Source: Sphagnum compactum (Eukaryota). Taken from it: 64,000 bases of DNA. The notes below the pieces were generated by a model, which was not told the origin of the DNA, did no database searches, and saw only the letters and a program-made list of their open reading frames with translations. Shown piece by piece: positions 1 to 18,841 of the stretch (position 1 is the stretch's first letter; every line of letters starts with the position of its first letter). Position numbers and translations under genes: made by a program. The stretch lies in contig OZ234494.1 of the NCBI GenBank assembly GCA_965153455.1, forward strand, positions 2,542,001 to 2,606,000. Reading direction: 5' to 3'.

Positions 1-482
1 CATGTATCGTTCTTGCATATCAGTATTGAGCTCATGTCTGGATCTTCTCAAGAGTATGGTTTTACTCCAATAAGGTGGCAATGGATTTTTTGATTTTTCT
101 TTTGGAAAGCTTCAAGCCAATAGCCTGGTGGGAAGGCTGATACTTGTGGTTCTAGCCCAAATTCAACTGGATGCATGTGCCATTGACTCTGTTGACAAAT
201 GGTGAATATTTTTGGGATCCAGGGTTATTCAACTGCCCTCAGAAATAATGGGGCAACCAATTAGTTGTTAGAAAGTGTCCATCCTGAGAGGAGGCAGTAG
301 CCACAGGGTGCTCAAGAGACACTGTAGAGTGTGATGTTACCTATTGTGGCCTTGACAGTACTTGACTTTCCAACTAAAATGTGAAGTGCAGAAGATGACG
401 TATAGGGCCAATTTCCGTAAACTATTGTTCGTCTATTTGGTATATGAGTAGTCTTACCATCTGCTTGGTTGAGCTGATGCAG

Positions 483-6736
<6,254 letters not shown>

Positions 6737-9700
6737 GGCACTGACCATAAGCTTAATTACACTGATCATCTATCTTTTAATTTTACTGCACATTGTTCTG
6801 GGAGGGGAGTGAGGGTCCTATTGTGTTGAGGAATGGGAGGGATAGACTGATAGTGTGTTGCAGAACATCTTTCATAGAAGAACATGGTTCAAGATGAGAA
6901 TAGCAGGGTCCATAGTACAGATCAAATAGAGAGAGAAGTATGAAGTGGATGTTGTGCAGTTGTGATAGTAACTATTAGTTGACAGTCATTGATGATCAAT
7001 TGCTTCAGTGTGATATGTATAGTGGCGTGTAAAGTCAGTCGTTTGCAGATGAGATTCACTACTTTTATGCTCCCAATTTGATTGGGACCGCTAGAACATA
7101 TGCAGATTTTGTTTTACTCCGTTCTCTTTCAGGTTGAAATAAAGCTCCAATTATATGCTTTTTTTTTTAAGCATGAGACTTGCTTCATATCTAACTGGAG
7201 ACCAGACTTAATATTCTCACATTGTGGAATTCATTTCTAGCAAAAACAGAGAAAAAAAGTGGTTTGTGTGTGAAATTTACAAAGCAAGTTTCCCTTTTTC
7301 CTTCTGTTTTTTCTTCTCAATTTTTGCAGGAACAAGGTGCTCTCTTAGAGGGGTTAAAAAGGTGTGGATCTCACGTGGATAGATACTGCAGTGATGAGGC
7401 TCTTGACTTCAACCTCCAGGTGTGGCATACTACTCGTATTTCCCTCTGAATTCTTTGAATTGCTTACAGGGTTGAGATCAGTGAGTTGCTTTTCAAAATC
7501 TTGAAAAGTATCAATTTGTCAAGTCAGGTGATTTCAAAACACAAGTTTGATTTTGGGAATAAGACTAATTAACCTAGAAGGGTTGTGCGGTTGTAGTCTT
7601 CCTAGTGAAGTGTGGGATTTACCTGACGCTGTCACTCTTACAGTTTTTATCACTTGCCACATGAACTGGAGAAAAGGCATTACTAGGGACTAGGCATTTG
7701 TCACCTGAGCCTGGCTACAGGTCATAGCAGCCCATCCACCTAGTTGAGGTGCAGGAGTGTGCCCTTGATCTACGGACAGTAGTGAGGCAAAACATTCAGA
7801 ACCCAACATGCTCAGAACCCAACACATCAGGAACACCCACTTTAGACAACAGTGTTCTTTATTGGGAACTATGGAACCAATAAAACAAATTAATTTTAAA
7901 AAAAATATCCCCTTGTATTAATGTATTCTATGTTATTGCACTCTAGTTCTACCCTGACTTAAAACTAATGCAAAGATAGCAGCCTTCAGAATTGAACATT
8001 GCAATCCAAGAAGTTTGAAGGAGTTAAAAGTATGATTTGACCAGTTGACCAGTGATTTTTTCCTTTTGCAGGTTTTCTTCACTTGGTGACAAAAGATAAT
8101 CCAGTGCAACTCATACATAGGATATTTGCGAAAAGAGTTATCCAAAGTTGCCAGATTTGGAGGAATTTTTTTTTTCCTGAAATCATCATATTTAGGCAAT
8201 AAGTTTCTGCAGGTTGGCCAAATATAGCAGGATTCTGAAATGTTTTTACTTTTCTTTTCTGACATGTAGCAAATTTGGATAATTCCTCTTGTGGATGATT
8301 GCCTGTATGGCTACATCACACAATTGAAAAGAAAAACCCTACCCTTGCATCTTTGATCCTGACAATAATGAATCGATTTCAATCCAAGAATTGGAAATAA
8401 AAATTTGACACAATTCTCACTTTACAATGTTTTGCTTGAGTCTTAAGGTGAATTTCAGTGCAAGGTCCTTCTCTGCAGTTGCTCTCCTGCATGGATCTGC
8501 TTCCAGTCCAGAAATCTAACTGCATGTAATCTGCAAAGAGCAACCAAACTCATCAGGTTGCACAGTTTTCAAGAAACACCTTGGAGATAGGTACTTATAT
8601 TTGTGTGCATCTGATTTAACTACCCTGCCATCACAGATTATATACTCAATTCTCCTCAAGCTCTAGGGTCAGACTGCAAATTCACCACAACTGCTCACTG
8701 ACCTCAAAGATGCTCACTTGTTAGATTCCCATCCCCCACACAGGATATATACCTCAACAGCAATCTTAGGGTTCTTCAATCACAGCAAACTGAAGTCTGA
8801 ATCTGAATCAACAAAGTTTCTGCTGTCAACATTGGGCGTACACAACAAGTAATTGGATTGGAAGTCAGGATCAGTTTTAGTATTGAGTCCTCGCTCTCAC
8901 CTTTCTATTCAATCTTATTGCTCACATGAATCACTCACTGAAATCCCCACAAAGTACACTAACTAATGGCATTGCAAAACATGCTCCAGAGTGAAAGCCT
9001 TTGCTTACACTATTGACTAGATTCCCCTGAACAACTGTCCCTCGTGATCACTTAGTCACTATCAACAGAATACACATAAATGTGGCTACGATGCAGAAAC
9101 ATTCAATCCTCACCATTATCTTGACCTGATTTGGCAGAAATGAAACTTGTAGAAAGAAACCCCTTCAGACATCAACATCTCACCCCGCACATAAAGATTC
9201 CAGTTCTCCAATTCTTTCAATTTGGCAGCACTAGAAACAATGGCTACAACCCATGTTGAATCCCACAACAAAACTTTTGAAGAGAACAGTTGTGTCAGGT
9301 CCAGCAAAACAAAACTAACAGAACAAGACTGAGTATGACGGCATAACCTCCTTATGAGTGTCACTCATGCAGCCAAGAAACCTTACATCAAAAACTATAA
9401 TCATAGTGAGACTTCAAATTGCAAATTCTTGAAAATTATTGAAGATGGGTGATAAATTAAGAGCCAAATCGTTGAGGTGTAATAATCAACGCCTCACAAA
9501 GTACATCATTACAGGAGATATTAAGCTCCTCAATTTCTTGAAAATCTATCCACCTTGGCAGAATCAATCCTCCACTGCTCTCATAGTTCCTGCACCATCA
9601 ATATTGCAGCATCAGTTGCACTTCTTCAGGATTGGCAAATGGAAACCCAGGAATATCTCAAACCCTATTCATGGTATAGACATGAAAATATGAGCACAGG

Positions 9701-9758
9701 GAAAACCAAAAAATTGTAGCATTATTAGTTCTAGAGCTCTCAACCAATGCATCAGATC

Positions 9759-10433
9759 TTACAGTTCAAGTTTACCTGTGATTCATTTGTTGCAATGGCT
9801 TATTTCCACCGATCAAGTCCTTTTAAGGCATTGGGTACTGATCTCACATGGTGATGCTCATTCCAAGGTACAAAATGAAAGGGATTATTGTAAGGGGGAT
9901 GCAAAAAGAAACATAAAAAGCGAAAAGAAGACTGCACCAATGAATCGCTTCTTGTTGGCACTTTGAACCTCTTGCAGCCGTTTATCCAACTCCTCTTTCA
10001 AGTGCACTTCCCATTTTGCCATCGCATTTCCAAATGCGGCCCCCAACCCCACTGCTAGTACATGCTCCCATGGGTCTAAGAACCCACACGCCCCCCGCCA
10101 AGTACATATCACCCACGACAACCCATAAATTCCAGTTTGTCCACTTCGTATCACACGATCCAGTCCCCAAAGTTCCTTCTTCCACAACGGGCGGGGGAAA
10201 AAAAACTCCATGAAACAAATACAACAGACCATTACCCTAAAAGTCTAAGAGCTTTCTGCTTCATTGTTGGAAGAGGCTGAAAAATGACCCGGGGGGGGAG
10301 AAACGAGTCTACTGGCGGGGAAAGGAAGAATGAAAAGCTTACGACGCATGAGAGGAAGCTTGCGAACACCATTGGAGAAGAACTGAATGCTGAGGCCCAA
10401 AGCAGCCCCAACGAAAGTCGCAGTACCCACCAT
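9759..10433 (-). CDS. Mitochondrial complex I subunit B14.5b/NDUFC2-like (plant type)
   Basis: Exon 1 10433-10343 (MVGTATFVGAALGLSIQFFSNGVRKLPLMR, donor GTAAGC) splices to exon 2 10075-9938 (acceptor CTTAG; HPWEHVLAVGLGAAFGNAMAKWEVHLKEELDKRL..ANKKRFI). The splice rebuilds the family motif RKLPxMRHPWEH. The last exon is uncertain; the best candidate is 9775-9759 (GKLEL*). Confidence 0.85.
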
Positions 10434-10660
10434 GCTGCTGCTTCCTTCGAACTACTGCTTCTTGTAGTAGTAGTAGTAGTAGAAGTTTCCCTCTGCAACT
10501 GCTACCAAACTCGCGTCTCTGTCGGAGTTCTCAAACTGTGAAAAGAAAAAAGGAAACGTTCTATTCTCATCACCAGACCCACTCGTCCCCAGTGATGACG
10601 AAGGAGAAGAAGTGCGCTTGCTCGCTCGCTTTCTCCGTGTGAGAGCAGCAGCTTGCCTTG

Positions 10661-11099
10661 TAGGGTTTCACCGTTCACAGTCCGGGTCCGGTTTGATATT
10701 GATGTGGGATTTTGGTATATTCCAGTCTGGGGACCGGTTGCAGTTCTCACCGCATTAACAAGTCCGGTTCCTAATTCACCCGGGCCGCAAGCCTCTTGCT
10801 TCAACCAGGGTTAGGCTCCTGCTGGGCCGATTCGTCCGGTTCCGGTTCCTACACAAACCCACAAGGTCAGCCTCTTCCTTCAACCGGATCACAGGTTCAT
10901 CTCCCTGCTGGGACTGGTAGGTGGGGAGAGAAACGTGCAACGAGTACAACCCGTTTAAGTGGAACTGGATTCCTCCCCCCCCACCCGGGCCCTTTTCTCC
11001 AAATTGCTACCTCTTGGGCCTTTGTCTTGCAATTAAAAAAACAAAAGGTTTAAGGTAGTAGCCAACTTTTTGTGTAATAAAATTTAAAGATAGAGCCCA
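10661..11099. promoter_or_regulatory. Candidate telo-box plus site II elements upstream of the complex I subunit gene
   Basis: TAGGGTTT (reverse complement of AAACCCTA) at 10661-10668, TGGGCC at 10823 and 11015, and AGCCCA at 11094, all in the GC-richer region 230-670 bp upstream of the ATG. Confidence 0.4.
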
Positions 11100-12049
11100 A
11101 AAAAATGGGTATTGCCTTTTAATTAGACTTATAGCTAATGATTAGTAGTGACATATTTTTTCAAAAAAAAATCCTAGTATCCCTAATACTTTTATTTTTA
11201 GTATGGTGGCTATGCATCATGAGTCTTCATGACTCATGAGGTTTTGAAATTTGAGGCATGATTTCTGTCCCTTGCATAATGCAAGCATTGAAAGTTGAAG
11301 ATCAAGGTTTTGATCTTAGGTATACAATTTGCAAGACTCAAATGAAGGTCTTAATTTTCACCATTTTTGTTCAATTACTAGTTCTTTTGTGATTGTTAAA
11401 CATCAATGTTTGTTGGTTGTTGGAATGACATTTTGGTATGTACATTGTAGAGTGACAAAGTATTGAATGATTTGAACTTGGGTCATGAGCTCATTAAGTT
11501 GTGTACAAAATTGCAAATCACAACTTATCAGCAAGATTTTGTTTGAAACTTGAAAGTTTGAAGGTAAGCTCATTGAACCTCTTGCAAGTTGCATTGTACA
11601 AGTAATGGTTTTTTTGTATGTTTTCTTTCAAGTTGCAACTTGCAATTGACAATCACATATAAAATTGGTTTTGGACTTCACAATTTTTGTGAATTGTGAA
11701 TGCAAGTTTGGTTTAGGGTTACTTTTTAAAGTTCTATGTGCATTGCATTTTATACTATTGCCTACATGAGCTTGTTGTGCTTGGGACTTGGGTGTTTGGT
11801 TTTGGGGTGTGAAGGATTTTGGGTGTGACATTTTAAACTTTTGAGTGTGCTTTGTTTAGTTGAGTGTCTATCTTTGGCAATGATTCATGATGGGGTTGTG
11901 AAACTATTGTCAAACTTTTGAGTGAAAGCTTTGTTTAAAAGTCACAATGCTAGCAATGATGTCGAGATTATGGTCATTCCAAGTTCAGTGGTGTTGAGTA
12001 GTCACACACCTCTAAGATGCTTGGATCGTAAATCAATTTGATGAAGAAA

Positions 12050-14400
12050 AGTTTTGATTTGAGTGAAACTCCATTGAAGAAGCCTCAAAAAAATTACAAT
12101 GCCATTTGAAAATGGCAGGACATTTGGGTCATGTGGTTTGTTTGGGTACAGGTTGACATTGTTGATGGTGTGATGGTTTCTGTGAAGTATATGACTCATG
12201 AAACTAATACATATTGAGATAAACACATTTGCCAAGGAAAATCATTTAAATAAACATATGGGCAAGTGATGGGCCAAATGTGATAACCCTATCAAAGCCT
12301 TGAAGAAAGACAACATTTAATATGATAAAAACAACAAGCATGCTTGTAATCTTGTCATATTCAGTGCTTACAAGCCTTTATCAATTCTATAATAATCGGA
12401 CAATGCCATGGTTGGGGAGAATTGGTGTAAGGTTATTCAATTTTGTATGTTTTGTAAAATGGAGGCCCATGTTTGAATACAAGGCTTTGTGGCCCTTGTT
12501 CCAATTCATGAAAGTGAAAATTTTAGCCAAAAAACATTGGAGTGATGCTTCTAGGTGGGAGATGGGCAAACATATTCATCCCCATGTTTTGAAGGCATTG
12601 AAGGTGAGTGTAATGGGAGTTCAGAACTTATCAATTAACTATGATGAAATGATGTTCATTGACAACCGGTAACGATTATTGCTACAATATGTATATGTGG
12701 TTGACAAATGGGTGTGCTTGTTATCAATGACCTAGGTGGTGGGTGGGTCTAGTACAAATAATCTTATTTCCTACATTATGGGGTCTTTGTTATAGGAAGG
12801 AGGTTTAAACCGAAATGAAGTCAACTTTTAATGTAGATGGTGTGACCATTTCCAAGGCACCAAATCAAGTGTCATAGTGCAAATTTGATAATCATGGGCC
12901 CTTTTATTTTAGGGTTTCATTGTGTTTTCCACTAAATGAATTTAGTTGTGCAGACTTTTTCTACCTTTCAAGTGGAGGTTTTGCTTTAAGCTTTACACCA
13001 ATATTTTTTTAAAAGTCCCAAACACCATTTGAAACTCACAAAATTGGCTAACAAAATGGAATCTAAAAGGCTTAAGATATTGAAAAACATGAAAATGAAA
13101 TGGATTTCTATGTTAAATCCTTCCAAGAGGGTGATCATTGAATACTAAACTTTTTTTATGAAGATGGGCATGAACATGAACACCCATTTTCAAGTTACAA
13201 CTAACTTTGGTCATTTGGTTGATTTTGATATGTTGTTGTCCTTGGCTTGTATCCTCTTTCTTTGAAGAACAATCCATAGTTTAATCAAGTTTTATCAAGG
13301 GAATGATAATTTCATTTGTGATTTTGTTAGTGTGATCAAGATTTGTCAAACACAATTGTATTCCTTGTTTGTCAATCTTGTCACAAAATTTCAAGTTGAG
13401 ATGTTCCATGAATACCATGCACTATTGGATTGTTCTCATGAAAACATCACTTTGGAATAGATCCCAATGCCATAATTTGCTCTTAAACATCTTATTTTCA
13501 ATGTGAATGGAACTCAGATTTATTATTGATACATTGACAAAGTAATTACGGAAAAAATATTTGTGACAAAAGAAGGTTGAAATAGGTGTGCACATGGTGT
13601 GGAGGCAACCATAATGAATTTGCCATTCAAGTTTTCTTATTTTTCCAAGAAAAAACAATTATTGCTTTTCATTGTTTGTTCATTATTTGGGATTTTCTTA
13701 CAATTTTTTGTTCATTTGAATTTTGTTGTAGTATGGCAAACTTGTTTTCTAAATACTTGCTTGTTGCTTTACCTTTTTTTTGTTCGTATGAACGTGTTTT
13801 TACTATGACAAAGATTGTGAAATCATTGTTGGTTAAATTGGATAGTAGGTTCCTTTTTCATGAAGTGCTTGATGCATTGGCATCATTTATTTTCAATATT
13901 GGATTCAAGAGGAAATTGAAGTTTCCTTTCTAATCCATCTTGGGGTTTTAAAGTTGCACTATGTAGGTTCTTGCACGACCTTGGTTACGAAACTAGGTGG
14001 TCAGTAAAACTTAGTTACTAAAATCCTTTTGGGTTCAACATTTCATTTGTAGCAAGGTTTTTCCAAACTCACTTTGAAAGCTCAAACAAAGGTTGCCATT
14101 GATATAAATTCGTTCACTCAATTGTGGTGTACAATTTCAAGCTTTTAACAATGTTTGTCATAATATTTTTGAGTATGTCAAATTGGTTGAAATTGGAAAT
14201 GTCTTTGTTTTGGGTAGTGTGGAGGATGAGAAGTGTTTTTCAAGTTTGAAGTTCCTCAAATCTAACTTCCAAAATAAATTCAGTCCTCATTTGCCCATGG
14301 TTGTTAGAATGTTCTAATGACAATTTTTCACCTTAGATATATTCCCATACAAGGATGCAATTGAGTCTTGCAATAGTGAGAACTAATATGGTGATGTTTA
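12050..14400 (+). mobile_element. Degenerate hAT-superfamily transposase remnant
   Basis: Broken frames still give recognisable motifs: LSINYDEMMFIDN (first catalytic D region, ~12630), FHCVFH*MNLVVQT (CxxH, ~12915-12955), MKWISMLNP (TRW-like, ~13095) and VLGSVEDEKCFSSLKFLKSN (C-terminal dimerisation motif, ~14207-14270). Many stops and frameshifts. Confidence 0.75.
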
Positions 14401-14519
14401 ATGTGTCTTGTATCTTTCAATTTTGATTCACATTCTATTTAATGAATCTTTAAATTTTCATGATGTTAAAATCATTTAAAACTTTTGTTACAAACTTAAC
14501 TCTAGGTTTTTGTAACTAT

Positions 14520-14795
14520 GGCTATGTGCTTTGCTCACTTGGTCATGTTGAACTTTCACATGGATGATATTAGGTTCACATTATGGCTTTCAAGGTCCAC
14601 AATCCATTACTTTGTTACTTGTGTTTTTTTTCCACTAGTTTCTTCCAAGTTTTGGTAGCTATGGCCATTGGTAATGTGCCTTGGACACTTGAGTCTTGCT
14701 CATGTTGAGCTTTGACATGGATGATATTGGATTCATATTTTGGCTTTAAACGACCACAATCCATTACTCTATTCTTGTGTTTTATTTCCATTGAG
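14520..14795. repeat. Diverged tandem duplication, 2 copies, period about 157 bp
   Basis: The block catggatgatatt..ccacaatccattact..cttgtgtttt appears twice (GGATGATATT at 14562 and 14719). Confidence 0.7.
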
Positions 14796-16186
14796 TTTTT
14801 CAATGTGTCAATAGTAATAAATAATAGTTACTTAATATTTATTTTTGCTTTTGTATATTTCCAAAGTCATATACTAAACTTTTTGTATCATTTTTGTAGG
14901 CCACTTATATTGCACTAGGGAGTTCAAAGGTTCAACTCTTTCATAAGTGATAGGAACTTAACCATTTGTTCATTCAACATTGTTGCAATTTTGGTTTGAT
15001 GTTTGATTAAAAGTTTAAGATCTAAATTTTCCTTTGTGCAACTTTTAACATCAATTTGGCATGGAGTTGGAACACCTATTGGTGCTAATGTCCATGGAAC
15101 TAAACAACTCAAAAGAGATGTTGGGTTGTTGCATATTTTTGCACCAAAACAAATTGGACATCTTTTGGAAGAAAAAATGTAACCTTCATTTTTGCACAAA
15201 TCAAACTATCCAATAGCCTTTTATAATTTAAAAAAAAAAACCCCATAGCCAAAAAACTCCAAAAGATTGATCTATCTTGCCATCTATAGCTAGTTCATTT
15301 GATGACTTGTGTTAGTTTGGCACCATGCCTTGGGTTGTTGGTACAAATAATGCTATTACTTGAGAGTGAAAAAAAATTGATATTTGAAAATGTTGGGATT
15401 CTTAATCTCTGATTTGAATTTTTCAAGAAAATATTTGCAACGGGATTTATTTTTTGTACCACTATTGGGTCGAAGGCAGCATAAGGAATCATACTCTATT
15501 AATTAGGTTTTTTTGGGGGGGAGAGGGCACCCAAAGTGTTTTTTGTTTGTTTGCATGCAAGGAGCCACTTTGATTTGCCCATCACAAAAGAATTATTGAA
15601 AAAATTGAACTCCTCATGCTTTCTGTTTCATTTTTGTGAAATAGTTGATGTGGCAATCATCCATAAGATAGTGTAGCCAAATTTGACTATAAACAACATA
15701 TGAAAGTGAAAAAGTTTAAGCATGCTTCACATTTTTGGCTACATGTTACAACCCCACAGAGCAATATAGCAAATATTCAAGAAAAAAAGAATTTTATTTT
15801 TCCATTTGGAAAAGAGAAAAAATATAGACACTTTTAGCAATTTTGAAAACCATCAATCACCTAAATTTAACTTTAAAAACCTTGCATAAAACATGATCAA
15901 AATAAATTCATGGTGGAGTTTCCCTTTTTTCAAGCTTTATAAGTTGTGACATTTAAATTTTGTGTAAATTTTTTAGGATAAATTGTGATGGTGTTGGATG
16001 CATGTTACATCATTAAGGCAAAAAAGAGAAGAGGTTGTATCATCACCTTCATCACCAAACAAAATGAAAAAAACGTTTCTGTCATAACCACCTTTTGGTG
16101 AAGTGAATTATCATAAGTTTTCAACTCAAGTTCAATGAACTATACCTGGCATTTTGGTGATTGTGAACTCATTGGTTCCACTCTTA

Positions 16187-16907
16187 TGGTGCATTCATGC
16201 TTGGTATTGAGGACTCTAATATTAAGTCCCTTAACACCAAGCTAGTCATTTAGAACCTAAACCTATTTAACACGAAGATTTTATGTTAGCATTCACTTAA
16301 TCTACTATATTAATTCACTATGTCTGTGCGTGCGTCTATCTGACACGACAATTTTGCTGCAATTCTATGGCAGAATCGGCCTCTGCATTTTCTATGGCAG
16401 AACCGGGCAATGCATCTTCTATGACAGAACTGGGTCGTCGTGGCGGAGAGACACACGCCAGCCATCGATCGCATCGTCACCACCGACACTCTGAGCTAAA
16501 AAGCCCAGAGGGGAAGGGGAAGGGGGGGGACCTTTAAAAAGAGAGAGAGAGAGAAATGACCCTAAGACATGTGGGGGGCCACAGAAAAAAGGGCCAGAAT
16601 AAGGACTCCAAACTTCAAACTTGCATCCAAATAAACAAAAATACAAAAGTGAAAAAGAAACAATTTATTTTTATTATACAAAATAATAATAAAAACAGAA
16701 AACACATAAAAATAAAAAATAAAAAAGATAAAAGTTTAAAAAAAAAAACTAAAACATGAACCAAACATTGTTGAAATAACACACCTGTGCATTAGGCACG
16801 GGGTTCCAACTAGTATTAAATAATCACTCATTTAATATTGGGTGCCACCTAAGATGCCACCTAGATTTTCACTTAACACTCAGTTTACATTAAGTGTGAA
16901 TGCACCT
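16187..16907. mobile_element. PIF/Harbinger (Tourist-like) MITE carrying a nested Helitron
   Basis: TIRs tGGTGCATTCAtGCTT (16187) and AAGtGTGAATGCACCt (ends 16907), flanked by TTA at 16184-16186 and 16908-16910. Confidence 0.7.
16301..16813 (+). mobile_element. Non-autonomous Helitron (513 bp)
   Basis: 5' end TCTACTATAT follows an A. The 3' end has the hairpin CCTGTGC-attag-GCACGGG shortly before the terminal CTAG, which is followed by T. This is insertion at an A|T site with no TSD. The interior is CpG-richer than the flanks. Confidence 0.8.
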
Positions 16908-17262
16908 TTAGTAAACTAACTGTCAATTAAATGGTTGCCCACTACCAATTCACTAGTTCTTACTCTCCCCAAAAACACAAAATCACCTTGCCCCCAAGTT
17001 TTGATTGTGTGTTATTGTTTTCAACCCTTTTTGGACTTTTGGGCAATTGATCTAGAGTAATATGGTGTTGGATTTTGGCCTGATTTTTCAAAATTTTTTG
17101 CTTGACTTCACCTTCTACTAGTTCATTATAGGTTGCAACAATGAGGTGCTTTTGAATTGATGTTGGAATGTTTGATAATGGGTCGGTCAACACCTATCCA
17201 CCATCAGATGGTGTCAATCAAAGTGTTATACCTTATCATCCACGAAACCATTGAGTCTCAGG

Positions 17263-17608
17263 TTTTTGTCACAACTCATCCATGATCTTCACTTCGAATC
17301 CAATGGTTGGTGTTTTTGTCAAAACTCACCCATGATCTTCACTTCAAATCCAATGGTTGGTGTTTTGTCACAACTCACCCATGATCTTCACTTCAAATCC
17401 AATGGTTGGTGTTTTTGTCAAAACTCACCCATGATCTTCACTTCAAATCCAATAGTTGGTGTTTTGTCACAACTCACCCATGATCTTCACTTCAAATCCA
17501 ATGGTTGGTGTTTTTGTCAAAACTCACCCATGATCTTCACTTCAAATCCAACGGTTGGTGTTTTGTCACAACCCACCCATGATCTTCACTTCAAATCCAA
17601 TGGTTGGT
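17263..17608. repeat. Minisatellite, 7 units alternating 50 and 49 bp (99-bp dimer)
   Basis: Unit tgtca(c/a)aactcacccatgatcttcacttcaaatccaatggttggtgttt(t) starts at 17267, 17317, 17366, 17416, 17465, 17515 and 17564. Confidence 0.95.
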
Positions 17609-18841
17609 TTATTTATTTGATTTGTCAATTCTTAAAATTTCAAAGTTCTTCTTAATTCAGTGTTGGGAAAGTTTAAAAGATGCCAAGAAGCTCCAAGCAG
17701 TTTGGGGTTAAGGAGTAGGCATAATATCCCTCCTCCTTGTACACCTTGTAATTTACTTATGTTTAGGTTCATGATAACTTTCTCCTTGTGCTTTATGGTG
17801 GGTAAAGCCCATAGGTGGAGGGTGTTCTAAATGTGGGTTGGACTTGGCTATTGCTTGGTCCTAGGATATTTTGGCCTAAGCTAACGGCAAGGGCACCGTC
17901 ATTTGGTGGGGACATAGGTCATATGATTCATTTCAAGGGCATTGGAATTTGGGTATGTTTTGAATCAAAGACAACCCTAAACTTGAGTTTCACCTGAAAA
18001 TTCTAAAAGAGCTTCGGTCTCTGTGCTTTTGGTTGAGAACAAAATCCCTCCACTTATAGCTTCCTTTTCAAGTGGTTTACATCATCATGCCACATTCAAA
18101 ATCTATTACTTTCAATGGTTGTAATCATGTTTATCAACATAACGATTGTATCCCCAAAGAGAGATAGGGTGCACAAACAGCCTCTTATTTGTTTACATAT
18201 GTGCACATAGTATGGCCAAATCCAAGGAGGGCATGCTCTTCAGAAGCAAATAAGCACACTGAAAGAGTATAACCCCCTTCTTCAATTTGAGCAATCAACA
18301 AAGGTGGTGACCAGTCTTGACTGGTCAGCATATAACCCACACAATCCATACAGGCAATGTCTGAAAGAAAGAGATGACAAAGGGTCTATGAATTTTCTCA
18401 TCCAATTCCAAGCAAATATGATCCTTCATGTCCAGATATAAGCACTCAAATATTCATGGCGGATATAATCTGAAGGTTCTGGTTACTAAGCCAAGATTGT
18501 CTCTATAAGTGAATGACAACACAAAATCCTGATTGATACATACACAATTGAACAGAGTAAGCTGACCATCAATCTGCTTAAGAAAATCTATTCGAAGGGA
18601 GAGAGGACAGATGTATAATTATCAGATGTCTGAAAGACTAGAGGTAATTGAAGGTCAAAACACATAGCATCCTATGAATTCATTCTTGATGAACTGCTGC
18701 TGAGAGCTCTTATGAGACAAAATGTCTGACAGAAAATGACCCAAACACATCTGCCATTGAATGTTCAACCAGGGTTCTAGAGTCTCAAGCTGCAAATCAA
18801 GCTTTTCATGACCAATACTGGATCAATAAGTACTATTTGGT

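Noticed and set aside
17251..17655. 134-aa ORF with 33-aa repeats; array superficially CRISPR-like
   Set aside because: The ORF is a by-product of the 99-bp dimer period and starts at TTG. Units are contiguous with no unique spacers, and there are no cas genes in this eukaryotic context.
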